A program made the translations under genes and the position numbers. Of a stretch of DNA of 64,000 bases, positions 43,374 through 58,000 are shown one piece after another. Source of the DNA: Eledone cirrhosa (taxonomy: Eukaryota). Positions within the stretch are counted from its first letter, which is position 1. The number at the start of each line of letters is the position of its first letter. Where the stretch lies: NCBI GenBank assembly GCA_964016885.1, contig OZ024741.1, positions 362,514,001 to 362,578,000 on the forward strand. Reading direction: 5' to 3'. The notes beneath the pieces are model-generated. The model did not search any database, had not been told where the DNA came from, and saw nothing but the letters and a program-made list of their open reading frames with translations.

Positions 43374-44275
43374 CTATATTGAGAAGAATAACAACAGTAA
43401 TATATACGTAAAACTAAATATTTCACAGAATTTTATTACATCAGTCTATATTCTGTGCTTAAATCCTGTTGGCGTTGACTTTTCTCTTTTGAAAGTCAAT
43501 AAAATAAGTACAAATGTTAACCAATCTATCCGATCGACTATAACTAGTTGCTAATAAAAATTGTATCTGATATTTTCTTACGTCACATCTCTAAAAGACA
43601 ATAACAATTAATTACACCCAGAATTGTCTTCAACCGTAATGACTCAACAATTTGCAAGAAGAGGGTAATCAGAAAAAAGCAGTAAAAAAGAAAGGGGAAG
43701 ACACGCACATTCAATAACATACGACGACAGGGGACGCTGGAGTTCCTCATTAATCATTTTTTAGGCTAGCTAAGATATGCACAGCATTGTAGCGGGTGAT
43801 AGTGTGGCTAAGGAACTGGAATAATCACGCATCTTCGTGAGCATCACTTGTTACATCAGCAAGGTGAGGCACCAACAATGACAAAAACCATTTTGTCAAC
43901 AACCTGACTCTCCCGTGAATGCCACAGGCTGAAAAAATAGTTTGCTTATCATTCCTGGTGTTGTTCTGAAACTACATAAAATTTAAGACAACTATTACCA
44001 GCAAATATTCAATCTTAATTTTGTATTAAACTTTCTTGAATATATCGACTTGGGAACATAGCTTAACAGGAAAGTCCCTAGAACTGTGAAAAATGGAGCG
44101 CAATGAACTGAAACAAATAGAAAAGAATTCTAATTATTTGACAGAAAATTACATAATTTCTTTCGAAATCACATAAGTGCCACAATAATATTATATTATT
44201 TGGGATCTCGAAAAATGTTATCCCTTGGGATAAGATGTTAATATTTAGATTGCAGTAGTAAGTTTTTATACTTAC

Positions 44276-44402
44276 TGGGGAATTCCATCGAATAAATCTC
44301 AGGATTGGAAAGAAATTCTCTGGCAAAAATCCACTAACATTCTTGAAGAAAAATCTAAATGTTTCAACGATTTCCTGATACTCAGGTTCATCAAGTTTGA
44401 TC
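44276..44402 (-). CDS. CYP2-clan P450 exon 3
   Basis: tgtaattgaag acceptor; (R)IKLDEPEYQEIVETFRFFFKNVSGFLPENFFPILRFIRWNSP; donor CCA|GTAAGT; 127 nt; phases compatible. Confidence 0.85.
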
Positions 44403-44641
44403 CTTCAATTACAAAATATACAATACGATTAATATATACATATGTGTGAGTGGATACATATATCAATACATATGTATAGACATACATACATGTATATGTA
44501 TATGTGTCTCTGTGTATGTCTGTAGGTGTGTGTGTGCATTTAGGGACGGACTCTTGTGAGAGCAACAGCGAATACAATTCAGTCCCCTTATTAATAGCCT
44601 GTATTGCATTAGAGACATTACATAACAACATTATTACTTAA

Positions 44642-44822
44642 GGGCAGTGGATTGGCAGTATCGGTAGAGGGTCGGACGCCAAGCATAGAGTTACGGCCCT
44701 TGCCATTCTGAGTTCAAATCCCGCCGAGGTTAACTTTGCCTTTCATCGGGGTCGATAAAATAAAGTACCAGTAATATACTGGAATAATTGCTGGCCTTGT
44801 GCCAAAAGTAGAAACAATTATT
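44642..44822 (+). mobile_element. SINE copy
   Basis: Same family as 3255-3432. Confidence 0.75.
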
Positions 44823-45127
44823 ACTTAAGATGCAGTCTGACAACATTACACAGAAATATGTATTACAACAGATTATGGAATAAAATGAACTATGAATATC
44901 TATAACTGGCCTTCGCATTATTATTATTACTGTACGTATACTCCATCATGGATTACCACGTCATTATACTGATTGGAGTGTTACATACGCAACTCCTGTT
45001 AGTCAACATTCTATGACACACATACGCACAAACACACTCACACACATAGATATATATATAAATGAAAAATGGCGAGCTGTGATGTTGCAAACATGATCTA
45101 ATTCTTTATTATATATATATGTATATA

Positions 45128-45227
<100 letters not shown>

Positions 45228-45415
45228 GTAATAAGATTGTCATGTAACATTTCTAATGTAATACAGGCTATCGATAAGGGGACAGATGCTGTTTCGAGTT
45301 AAGTCATAGTGTGGTACATGAGATAAGTGTCTCCCAATATAGTCCCAAAAGTATGGCCTGCACCCATTGTTATGCCGTCAGAGCACAGATATAAATTTAA
45401 AACACACACACACAT

Positions 45416-45523
<108 letters not shown>

Positions 45524-45544
45524 CATAATATATATATAGAATTA

Positions 45545-46280
45545 TATTCCACTTTTGCCGTCAGCCGAGCCTGTCCGAGATGCGCGCAGAGCGACGAAAC
45601 CGTCGTGCACACACACGTTCATTGCCCGAGCATTGCTGACTTGTGGAGCTATGTCGAACAGTTGCTGTTATGTAGGACTGATCCGGTTATCGACTGAGTC
45701 CATTGTGCAGATGGTCTCGCCGTCTTCCTTCGAGGAGGAAGGGCAGGCGGTTTTCATCTGCCTGGTGGCCATGGCAAAAGAGATTGTGTGGTGGACAATG
45801 TTTAAAGGGTTAAAGACAGACACTTTCCTCTTCGGCGAATCCCTAATTAACTTTTTCAAGTTTCACTTGAAGAGGAAAATCAGGGTGGAGAGGCAAGTGC
45901 TGCCTTCTAGCAAGTTTGTTGAAAGGTGGGTGAATGTAGCGAGAATGGTCCGAGTAAAATGGTCCGTTCTGAATATACGCCTGTAGTTTGAGAAATGGAA
46001 AAATTGAGAAAGGGTGCTTGCCCTGGTAGTCAGGGTGGGCATGGTCTTTTGTGTCGTTTTTGCTACGAATAACCCTCGGAGGTTTCCCCTTATTGGGGTA
46101 TTTTTCATTGTTTCCATTTTCGTTTTTATAGTTTATATATATATATATATGTTTCTATGTTTTTTGTTTTTTTTCTTATATAAATAATAAAAATCTTTAC
46201 ATGCACAAAACCCACATCAGACCGTCCTGTACCGTCTGTAATGTTTTTCTTGATGTCAGCCCTTGTGGCCAATAAAGAAA

Positions 46281-46324
<44 letters not shown>

Positions 46325-46325
46325 G
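45545..46325 (+). mobile_element. Tx1-clade LINE 3' fragment
   Basis: C-terminus matches 56885-57169 (GQAVFICLVAM.KEIVWW); ends AATAAAGAAATC(ATT)n. Confidence 0.88.
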
Positions 46326-49300
46326 TGCTTTGAGTTTCAGTCATTGATGTTAGTTAACTGGAAAGTTTGTTGAAATGAATATCAAGCCACTACCTGCAGC
46401 CTCAGATATTCAGGACGTATCGGAGGGTTCTTGCTGTTCCCAGCAAGCATCCCTTTTGAAGTGTTCCAAAAAGCGAGGCGGGGCTAATTTTCTTTAACCA
46501 TCCCTGGAAACTTTTTGAGATAGTACCTAGTGCGCCTATGACAATCGGGACCACTTTGACTTCATGGCAGTTCCAAATCCTTTTTACATCCCACTTTAAG
46601 TCCTGGTATCGGTTAATTTTCTTCCTCTCCTTCTCTTGCACTCTCGTGTCGAATGGGCAGGCCACATCCACAATCAGGCACGATCTTTTTTCCTTGTCCA
46701 AAACCACCAGGTCAGGTCTATTGTGTTCCAGTTTCTTGTCCGTCTGTATCCTAAAATCCCACAGCACCTTCACCTGATCGTTTTCTATCACCGACTCTGG
46801 CTTATGCTCATACCACTTCTCAGAATGTGGTAAATTGTTTACTTTGCATAGGTGCCAGTGGATTACCCTGCCCATCACATCATGTCTCCAGCCTTTATAG
46901 TGAGTCTGGGCTAGGTGTTTACACTCGGATACAATGTGAGCCACAGTCTCCTCTTTCTCTCCACAGATCCTGCACAGTGGGCTAGCCTCCTCCTTGTAAA
47001 TATGGTGTTTCAGCCACTTCGTTTTGAGGGCCTGCTCTTGTGCAGTCATTAGCATTCCTTCTGTAGCCTTTTTAAGGTCTCCTCTTTTCAACCAGTTCCA
47101 TGTCTGTGGATCTCTGAATTCAGTTTTCTCAAAGGTACTATGAAGGGATTTTTCATGAAGGCTGCTCTTTCTCCTCGTTGTTATTTCCTCCTTGGACATC
47201 CCCTGGTCTATTGTCCTCTCCTTCAGTACAATTCTGAGCATTGGCTCCTTACTATCAGTTACGTATTTGGCTAGGTTGTTTTTCCCCATCAGAACACAGT
47301 CCTCTATGCTGATAAGACCCCTTCCACCTTCAGATATCCTTAAGTAGAGTCTATCAACATCACTCCTCTTGTGGAACATGTTGTAGATAGTTAATAGCTT
47401 CCTAGTCTTCCTATCCATTTCTTTTTGTTCAGCAACATTCCATGTCAGAATTTCCGCACTGTACCTAATAATAGACACAGCTCGGGAATTTACTGCACTT
47501 ATGGCATTCCTACTGTTCAGATGTGACTTTAATATGTTCCTTACTCTCCGAATGTATTCAGATCTTATCAATTCCTTCATTTTTTTGTTCTTGATGTCAT
47601 TAGCCTCCAGAACACCCAAATACTTGTATCCTTCTTCAGTGTCAATTTCCTTTATCATCTCACCTGTTGGTACCTGAATTCCATTGCTTCTGCTCAATTT
47701 ACCCCTCTTCATCACAAGGACTCCACACTTACTAATACCAAATTGCATACATATATCATTGCTGAAAATACGGACAGTGTCAACAAGCACATCCAACTCC
47801 TTCTCACTCTTCCCGAAGAGCTTAAGATCGTCCATGAAGAGGAGGTGATTGATGGTAAGCTCTCCCTTTCCCAACTTGTATCCTGCTCTTACTTTTCGCA
47901 GTATAATGGTCAGGGGCATCAGTGCGAGGACAAACAACAGAGGGGACAGACTATCTCCCTGGAAGATACCTCTCTTGATCTTCACGCCTCCCAAGGATTC
48001 TCCAGCTGATGTTAACTCTGTTTTCCAGGACTTCAAACTTTTGCTCAACAACTGTCTGATGTTATCTGCCACCTTGAAGATCTCTAGGCTTTTGGTGATC
48101 CAAGAATGAGGCACCATGTCAAATGCCTTTTTGTAGTCTATCCATCCCATGGCAAGACCAGTGTGTCTCCTCTTGCAATTCCTCATTACCATCTTATCAA
48201 TAAGTAACTGGTCCTTTGTACCACGGCACTTCTTTCGGCATCCTTTCTGTTCGTCCGGTAACAAGTTGTTTGTGTGGAGGTGATGGTAGATTTTCTCAGA
48301 CACAATGCTTGTCAACAGTTTCCACATTACGGGCAGACATATGATAGGTCTAGAGTTGGTAACACCATTACCTTTGATTCGGTCTTTCATTACCAGAACT
48401 GTGGTACTTTTTGTCAACCACTCTGGTACCTCACCTGACATCAAGCAGTCATTGAACATGGTTGTCAGTTTCAGGTGGAGGAATGTTATATTTTTAATCC
48501 AATACCCCTGCACACCATCTGGGCCTGGTGATTTCCAGTTGGTTAGTTTTTTGGCCTGCCCCTTAAGAGTTTCAACTGTGATACTCAAATCAGTTTGTTG
48601 GTGTGCCTGTTCACTAATCTCCTTTTGAACTGTCTCAATCCACACTGTCTGGTCATTATGATTAACATCCTGCTCCCATATTCCTCTCCAGAATGTCGTA
48701 GTTTGTTCCGCCTCAGGGATCAAGTCGTTGCCTCTTTCTTTCCCTTCAAGCTGTCCAAACAACATCTGGTTGTTGTCAAACATGCGGTTCTGTCTATACT
48801 GACTGACTCTGCTCTCGTATCGCCTAATTTTTGCACTCTTTGCTACAATGCGTTGCTTCAGTTCCTCTATGATAATATTTAGCTTTTTCCTCCTAGTTTT
48901 TTACTTTATTTCCAGTCTATTTTTAGTGTCTATGTTTTTTAGTGTCCCATTCAGTAGGGACTCAAGCTTTCCAATGTAATTTCTCATTTCCCTGATTTGA
49001 CCATTCAGTCGTTTCTTCCACCAAAGTTCTGATCTTTCTTGTTTGTTTTTTCCTCTCGCTTTTATGCCAAGTAATTTCCTCACCGCATTTGCTGTTGCTT
49101 TCAGGATATTGTTGCACTGGTGAAGGCTCCTTGCCTCAAGGTATGGGATGACTTTGTTTACCTTAGCTGTTGTTTCTTTTAACATTTTCCTGTCTACAAA
49201 TCTTACGTTCATAGGTTTCCCACTATCATTGTTCATTTCATCTACCACTAAGTTTAGGAGATCAACCAAATCTTGTCCTAGCCCGTCAGCATTCATCTCC

Positions 49301-49930
49301 TCAATGGCCGTATCTTTGTTCCAGGTATTATTTATTTCAGCATTCAGGTCATTGTCTGCTTCGGATGGTTCCTCCGTTCTCTCAACCTCTTCACCTTCAT
49401 TTCCCACTGGCTCGTTTGCCTGGCATACACCACTCTCCATTTCCAACCTAATCTCTCTGCTCAGTTCTTCCAGTTCCAGCTCGTTTATCCACCCATTAGT
49501 TCTTATTACCCGATCCTGCCCGGCCAATTTTTGTTCATCTAATTTAAATAGACCAATCTCGTTCCAGATGTTATGCATCCGTTTCCTATAGCCTTTCTCC
49601 TTGGGGTTACTCTTCAGGTAACATTGCATAACAGTTTTATTCAATTTTTTCGTCCAGTTGGTTCTGGTCCCTTTCCTTCTTCTTCTTCCTCCGACACCAG
49701 CAGTATTTGGTTGACAGCCAGGTCCCTGCTGCTGAGCCAGGGAGCACCTGCTGGGTGAGAGTCTGTCACATGACATTCCAGTCTCCACTTCACCGTTATT
49801 CGAACTGTTTAGGTTCGACATTTAAACACTCTTATCGAGAATTGGTGAATGTCTGGTTACATAACCACCGGTGATTTTATCACCCCCGGTGATTTTAGCG
49901 TGGCACTATCACGTTGTAGACGAACATAAA
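46326..49930 (-). mobile_element. Near full-length Dong/R4-clade RLE non-LTR retrotransposon
   Basis: ORF pieces 48901-49821 and 46402-48783; RT (GIFQGDSLSPL, LFMDDL), CRICGEKEETVAHIVSEC knuckle, RHD and NRPD..IVDV restriction-like endonuclease; abuts (TAA)n. Confidence 0.92.
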
Positions 49931-50029
49931 TAAACAAACAAACAAACAGGTAAACCCCCACCCCTCCCCCCAAAAAAAGAATAAGCATAAGTTTAATTGT
50001 AATGTAATGTTAGAATGTCTGACTTAGTT

Positions 50030-50899
50030 TTTATTATTATTATTATTATTATTCTTTGAGTCTCAGTCATTGATGTTAGTTAACTGGAAAGTTTGTTGAA
50101 ATGAATATCAAGCCACTACCTGCAGCCTCAGATATTCAGGACGTATCGGAGGGTTCTTGCTGTTCCCAGCAAGCATGCCTTTTGAAGCGTTCCAAAAAGC
50201 GTGGCGGGGCCAATTTTCTTTAACCATCCCTGGAAACTTTTTGAGATAGTACCTAGTGCACCTATGACAATCGGGACCACTTTGACTTCATGGCAGTTCC
50301 AAATCCTTTTTACCTCCAACTTTAAGTCCTGGTATCGGTTAATTTTCTCCCTCTCTTTCTCTTGTACTCTCGTGTCGAATGGGCAGGCCACATCCACAAT
50401 CAGGCACGATTTTTTTTCTTTGACCAAAACCACCAGGTCAGGTCTATTGTGTTCCAGTTTCTTGTCCGTCTGTATCCTAAAATCCCACAGCACCTTCACC
50501 TGATCGTTTTCTATAACTGACTCTGGCTTAAATTGTTTACTTTGCATAGGTGCCAGTGGATTACCCTGCCCATCACATCATGTCTCCAGCTCTTATAGTG
50601 AGTCTGGGCTAGGTGTTTACACTCGGATACAATGTGGGCCACAGTCTCCTCTCTCTCTCTCTCTCCACAGATCCTGCACAGTGGGCTAGCCTTCTCCTTG
50701 TAAATATGGTGTTTCAACAACTTCGTTTTGAGAGCCTGCTCTTGCGCAGCCATTAACATTCCTTCTGTAGCCTTTTTAAGGTCTCCTCTTTTCAACCAGT
50801 TTCATGTCTGTGGATCTCTGAATTCAGTTTTCTCAAAGAAGGTACTATGAAGGGATTTTTCATGAAGGCTGCTCTTTCTCCTTGCTGTTATTTCCTCCA
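50030..50899 (-). mobile_element. Second, 5'-truncated Dong/R4 copy in tandem
   Basis: Nearly identical to 46326-47190, with a small deletion; (TAA)n on both sides. Confidence 0.92.
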
Positions 50900-50935
50900 T
50901 TATTATTAATAATATTATTATTATTATTATTATTG

Positions 50936-53900
50936 GCGACCTACGTAGAAAATTGTATTATCGTGAGCTCCACAATTGTTGTTTTCAGTTGTTTCAAATT
51001 GCCAGTTATGGAAAATTTTTGTTGTTAAGTATTTATAAGCTCATATATATTGCTTTCTGAAAAGGACACTCAATAATATTGGGGCCTTGAGCCCCAAATT
51101 TTAACTTTATTTTATCAAACAAAAATCTCTTTGAAAAAAAAACATGGACGGCATTCGGCTACCCAAATCTGCTGACAGCAGTTCTGACGGACCAACATTT
51201 CCCACCACCATCACCACCATTGTAAACCTTGCTATGGTTGCCAACACTGAAAATATAAGTAACAGCAGTGGCAATTATTTAGATTTGTCACGTGCAGACA
51301 TGGATTTCCCGCCATTTCCAATGTCTACATGTGTTAAAGCCGCCATCTCTACCACCACAATGTCAAATAGTACATCCAACACCACTGATACAATCACCAC
51401 CACCACCACCAGAGCAACAACTGAAACAAAAAATATATTATTATCTTGTGATATTGAAATGGATTCTCCCAAAATCGACACTTCCACGCCGAACGCCACT
51501 GACACCACCACCACCCCTACAACAACAACAACTGAAACTAAAAATAATGACAAAAATAACAATAACAACAACAGCAACAATAAGAATAACAACAACAACA
51601 TCAACACCAGCACAAAACCAAATGTGTCGTTTGCTAAAGCGGCAAACAAAAACGAAACGGTGGAGGTAAGCCAGAAAGAATAGTATGAAGCCAAGCGAAT
51701 GGTAAAAAAGTATGGTTACAGGGTCAGCCTCACACCCCCATCTAATACCATGGAGCATCGGCGCCTATGCACCGTATCATTTTGCACAATAAATACAAAA
51801 ACACGCCGAGTCGAACAGGCATCTGAGTCCCAGATACAAAAAGCTTTGGGATATGTGTGGGCTCAAAAAACCCACATCAGACGTGGGCAAAAATATGGAA
51901 CCGTGGACGTGTTCTTTGGAACCCCACAGAAAGCCAGAGAGCACTCCATGGCCCCATTAAAAAGTGACGAGTTCACACTCATCCCAAGCTGTTGTGGTCA
52001 GAGGCTGGTAAGGATCAGGGTGACCCAGGTTCCACCGGTCATTGAAATTCCATGGCTAATGGCTGCTATCCTCGCCGACATTGAAGCCGACACAAAAGTA
52101 ATCGAGGTGATAAAAGTAAAGCAGGAGAACTGGTCCAGATCTGGAATGGAGCTCCTAACCAAGCGGACCAAAAAAGTATACAGGAAATTCCAGAGGTGAT
52201 AGACCTCAATGACCGCAGCCACCTCTCCGTAATCGTTGAGGGTAGAAGGCCTAGGTGTGTCGTTTGTGGCGAAGGAACCCACCTAAAGGCTTCCTGCCCT
52301 CAGGCTAAAATGTTGAGGCCACCTCTCCTGCCCACCCCAGTGACTCAACCATCAAAACCAGCAGCAGAAATGGCAGCAACAACTGTAGCAGCAACAGTAG
52401 CAAAACCAACACCACCACCACCATCCACTGCGCCAGAATTAGCACCAACGCCTCCACCATCCACCATGCCACAACCAAAACCAACGCCTGTGGAGGATTT
52501 TCCACTCCCCGACCTCTCACAACTGGAGACAGACTGTGACAACGATGAGGAGTGGGAAACTGTATCTGGAAAAAAGAAAAAAAAAGAAACCAGAAAAGAA
52601 AAAAATCCTCTTCCTTCGCCTCCAAAAACAATATGCAGGGCAAAACAAACAAACAAACTAACAAAAAAGTTACAGCTATACCACCACCCACACCAGCATC
52701 ACCAGCCCCATCACCACAAACACCAACACCATCACCATCATTAACCCCAAAACTACCATCACCAACAAGCAAAACAGAAACAAACCCACAACAAAAGCAA
52801 ACAAAACAGAGCAACCAAAACGATACACACTACACAGCATTAAATGTGAACAACAACCAATTATTTCACTACATCCAACACAACACCAGCATCTCAGAAA
52901 AAAACTATACAACACCCCAAAAATCCGCTGCTACCAAGATCAGGGCAGGCAACAGAGGCAGAAGACCCTTTCATGGTGAGTAGGAGGGCAACGTCCATGG
53001 CACCCATACCAACACCAACTGTCACAGCAGCTCCACCAGCGGCAAAATAGCCGGAGCGGGCTCCACTACCACCACCAACAGCAGTGGAGCTCATATCACT
53101 CCCAGACGCCACAGAATCCGACATGGAGTATGAGGCAGGAGTGAAGTGGCAAACGGTCTGCCATAAAAAACAAAGAAGAAAAAACCGTTAGCTTCACCCT
53201 CCAAAACTGAAGGCAAACAAAGAGGGGTAAAGGCTGCAAGGAGACTTGCAACACCACCACCATCACCACCACAAGCATCACCACCAACAACAACCACACC
53301 ACCACCAGCATCACCAAAAACACCAACATCGCAAACACAACAAAACACACACACCCAACAGCAACAACAAGAAAACAGCAACAAAATCACCCCTCCCCCA
53401 AAAAGTACACAGCCATAAACATGGCAAATAAAGAACTCATACAACATATAAAGCAACACACAGACATCACAGAAAAAACTACTACACCCCACCAACACCT
53501 AGAACTCTCCCGACAAACATAAACATCATTGAAATCAAAATAGAACATTACAAACTTTTAAAACAAAAATTCACCAACGCAGTTGGAGACTTCAGAGCGT
53601 TGGTTACCAAGAGGATATACACCGACATCATCTTGGAAACACCCATGCCCAGCCAAAGGGACGGTTCCACTGTCCCTTTCCCACACGATCAAGGTAAGTG
53701 ATCCTTTCTCACTTACGCTGTTTCTCACCCAACATGGCCGTACTTAGAATAGGCAATATAAATGCACGTGGTCTGGGGTCATCTTGGAGGCAGGGTCACC
53801 TGCTCAACGACCTCAGGTCACTAAACATAGATGTGGTGGCCATCAGCGAGACCAGAATCTCCGAAGCACGAGCCTTCGCACCCATCTTCGGCGGCTACGA

Positions 53901-56900
53901 TGTATACGCATCTCAGAGCCGTCCAGGATTGGGGGGGGGAGGAACTGCCGTGCTTTTTCGGAGAGGCTTGGATCTCGGCATATGGGCCATCTACCTGGAC
54001 ACAGAAGGTAAGTTGGTGGTGCTGGACATGACCGGCAGCGAAGGAAATTCTTTCAGACTAGTAGCCATCTACGCCCCAACAGGGGCAGGACAGCCAGATT
54101 TCTTCAGATGTCTAAAGACCTTTCTTGGAACGTCCCGTTCTTTAGTGTTAGTGGGCGACTGGAACAGTATCTTAGATGTACGCTGGGATTATGTGGGGCT
54201 AGTAGACAGGGCAGGAGGTGTAAAAGTCTCAACAACCTGCTCAGACGTTTTGAACTGTCTGACAGGTATAGACTGGATTATCCGAATGTGCCAATGTGGA
54301 CATGGGCAAACTGCATTGGGTCATCCAGATCGTATTTAGATAGGGTATTCTGTAGGGAAACAGATAAGGCTAGTGTAAGTTGTCCACAATTTAAAGTAGT
54401 CGACTACACAAACCACAAATTTGTGATCTGTGAAGTTGACTTAGATAGACTCCATAGGCAAGGGCCTGGCTACTGGAAGTTGAACGCGTTGTTCCCGGCG
54501 CACAAAGCTTACAGAGACCGGATTAGCGAATTAGTTAAGCGTGCGTTGACAGGTGCGATCGTCAACAACAGGTGGCGGTTTACCCTAAAAGGGCTATTAG
54601 AATAGAATCAATAAGGTTTAGCAAAGGAGTAGTGATAGAGGAAAATAGAGTAGAGGGAGAGTTAGTTAGAAAGCTAGAAGAGGCATTTAGGACAGGCATC
54701 GCAACTGACGTGTTTGCGGCGAGATTGGCACTCGACCAATTCTTCAACGCAAAGCATGGAGGTTGCGTTGTCAGAGCTAGAGCGCATGCTCTAAGACATG
54801 AGAGGACGAAAGCTGTTCAATGGGCCCGGGTGGTGGAGGCGTGATGTGGCAACAAGTCCACAATTCGCTCTTTGCCTGATCAAAACGGACCCATGTTCCT
54901 CGAACCAGAGCAGATGTGTGCGGCTTTTCAACAGCACTTTGCTCAATTGTTCGGGAGCGGCGGCAGGCCAGATCGGAGAATGGACTTCGGTGAATACCTC
55001 GACGGATTGCGGCGGCTATCGACAACCGCAGTGCTGTAAAAAGCCGATAACATCAGCTGAAATTCGGGAAGCGATGTCTGACTGCACGAGGGGTAAATCG
55101 CCAGGTTTGGATGATCTGCCCTATGAGCTTTATGCGTATATGCCAGGCTTGTTCGGCGACCTCTTGGCAGATGTCTACTGCAGCTGACAGCAGAACGGGA
55201 GCATTCCCAGTTTTGTGAACCGGGGAGCGGTGGCACTGCTGAGAAAAGACCCGAACAAGGGGGACGTTATAGACAACTTCAGTCCCATAACTCTGCTAAA
55301 CGCAGAGTTTAAGATTTTGGCCAAGGTGTTAGCAAAGAGATTGGCGCTTGTCGTCGGTGATCTAGTGGGAGAGGCGCATACATGTGCCATTCCGGACAGA
55401 TCCATCCACAACAAATCCATCTCATGCGATACATCATAGAGAGGGTGGTTAAGGAACCTGGCACGGATGGGGCCCTGATGAACTTGGATCAATCTATAGC
55501 ATTTGATAGGGTTGACTATCGGTACCAGGCTGTGGTCCTCGAGGCGGTTGGCTTCGGGCCCGTTTTTAGGGGTTGGATCGCTGCGATGCACAGCGACATC
55601 TGCTTGATTGTGAGGGTGAATGGTCACCTGTCGCAGCCTTTCAGCATCATGCGCTCGGTGCGCCAGGGTTTCCCCCTCTCGTCCCTCTTCTACGTACTGA
55701 CCCTCGAGCCGTTACTGCACAAATTGGAGACGATGAGGTGGGGTCCCACACGAACTGGGAAGTGGGAAATCCATGTCAGCTTACGCCGACGATGTCACCG
55801 TGGTGGTGTTGAACACCAAACACGTCCAGATGCTCGGCACCGCTCTCAAGGAATACGAAGCGGTGACAGGAGCAAAGATAAACCAGGAAAAGTCGGTAGG
55901 CTTGCAACTTGGCACCTGGAGAGACAAGTCCATGCTGCCCGACAGCGTCATGGGGCGCTGGACGGAAGGACCGGTTAAATTGCTCGGGGTCTGGTTCGGT
56001 CCGGACCTCCAGATGAAGAAAAACTGGAGCGAGGTGACGAGCAGGGTGGCCTCTCTCACCCAGAAATGGGCCGAGAGGAGGCTGTCTCTGAAAAGTCGGG
56101 CTGTCTCTGAAAGGTCGGGCTGTCTCTGAAAGGTGGCGAATGCGTATATCGTGTCCGTCATCTGCTACCATCTGACCGTCGTACCTTGCCCCTGCCCAAC
56201 TTTGACCAAAATGGAGCGTCTTCTCTTCCACTTTTTGTGGAAGGGACGTGCTCCCATGGTCAGACGATCCATTTACTGTCAACACCCATTGCGTGGAGGA
56301 CTAGGCATGCCGTGGCTGATGATGCGCAAACATGCGCTGAGGCTGCGACATCTCTGGTGCTTCCTTGACGGTGAACAGGTGTGGTCGCCATTTGCCAGAC
56401 GCGCTTTTCCCCAGCTCGTCTCCTTGACGGAGTTGCAGTCCTGGATCAGGAAAAGACCGAGGGATAGCACTTGGAAGCTGGAATGTCTCCAAGCGCTCAC
56501 CGCCCTCTACCAGCTGGGCACTAATATCTGTGGAACATCCACCTCGGCGTTCTATAGAGGGCTAGTGGAGGGAAAGAGCAACGACGTTCTCGGAGAGACC
56601 CTGGGCGTAGAAGACGATCAGCTTTTCGCTCTCTTCAAGAGAACTTTCAGACCGGGGCCTATGGACAACTTCCAGAAATCCCTGGCTTGGCAGTGCTACC
56701 GGGAAGCGTTGCCGGTTCGGGATAAGCTCTACAGGCACGGGGGTGCTGTCAGTCGAGCCTATCCGAGATGCACGAAACCGTCCTGCATGCACTCGTTCAG
56801 TGCCCGAAGATTGCTGACTTGTGGAGCTATGTCGAACAGCTGCTGTCGCATGTAGGACGTATCCGGTTATCGACTTAGTTCATTGTGCAGATAGCCCCAC

Positions 56901-57480
56901 CATCCTCCTTTAAAGAGGAGGAAGGGCAGGCAGTTTTCATCTGCCTGGTGGCCATGGTGAAAGAGATTGTGTGGTGGACAAGGTCGAAAGGGTTGAAGAT
57001 GGACACATTCCTCTTCGGCCAATCCCTGATTAACTTTTTCAAGTTTCACTTGAAGAGGAAAATCAGGGTGGAGAGGCAAGTGCTGTCTTCTAGTAAGTTT
57101 GTTGAAAGGTGGGTGAAAGTGGCGAGTCTGGTCCGAGTGAACGGGCCCGCTCTGAGTATGTGCCTGTAGACTGAGGAGTGGGAAAACTGAGAGAGGGTGC
57201 TTGCCCTGGTGATCAGGGTGGCCGTGGTCTTTTTGTGTGGTTTTCGCCACGAATGACCCTCGGAGGTTTCCCCCTTTTTGGGGAATTTTTGTTGTTTGAA
57301 TTTTTTTGATTTCTAGCCCGATTTTGTTATAACCTGTTTACACGACCAAAACCCACTTTGTATCATCCTGTACTGTTCTGTGCCGTCCCTAATGTTTTTC
57401 TTCATGTTAGCCCTTGTGGCCAATAAAGAAACCATTATTGTTATTATTATTATTATTATTATCATTATTGTTATTATTTT
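50936..57480 (+). mobile_element. Full-length decayed Tx1/L1-clade LINE (ORF1 + ORF2)
   Basis: ORF1 from 51144 with CVVCGEGTHLKASC CCHC knuckle and low-complexity tracts; ORF2 from ~53734 (IGNINARGL, SET, IYAP, GDWN; KSPGLD, PITLLN, AYADDV, GGLG) with many frameshifts; AATAAA + (TTA)n end. Confidence 0.9.
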
Positions 57481-57689
57481 TTTTTTTCATGCAATGGCCA
57501 TACTTGATAACGAGAGGGCAGCCATCATGTATTATGCAGGGTTATTGAATTTAAAGAATTCGTGGAAAGAACAGAAATTAGTCCAAATGGACCGAACAAA
57601 ATGGACCAGTTACTGAGGTTGGCATTTATATGGTTGAATTGCTATTAAGGATTAGAAGACGTTGGAAGTGGTCTATCAGGAATAGTCAC

Positions 57690-58000
57690 TAATATCTGAC
57701 AAAGCGTAGTAGCTAGAATAAGAATAAGGTGGAAAACGTTAACAGGGTCATTACCTCTATTGATAACAAATGGATTTCCTCTACAAGTGAGAGAGATACT
57801 GTATTATTCTTGTGTACGTAGTGCAATGTTGCATGGCAGGTTGTCACAGGCGTGTTGAATGCATGGGATTTGCAAAGGTTGGAAAGAAACTAAGCAAGCA
57901 GATGTATAACGTTAGTGTGTATGAATGATGAAGAGTAGTGGAGTTCAGACAAAATACTGGATATAAGAGGAATCGGGTATTGTGTGCGAGGCACAGTTGG
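57690..58000 (+). mobile_element. Old RTE LINE remnant
   Basis: Degenerate RIRIRWK..LPLLIT.GFPL..Y.SCVRSAMLHG similarity to the RTE C-terminus. Confidence 0.6.

Noticed and set aside
45285-45390. Minus-strand ctgacgg...gaaacagca as a hammerhead
   Set aside because: Core mismatch and no stem III or cleavage triplet
49830-49965. HDV-like ribozyme in the Dong 5' UTR (tag-tgccacg-cta resembles P3/L3)
   Set aside because: Could not build P1, P1.1 and P2 by eye; would need a descriptor search
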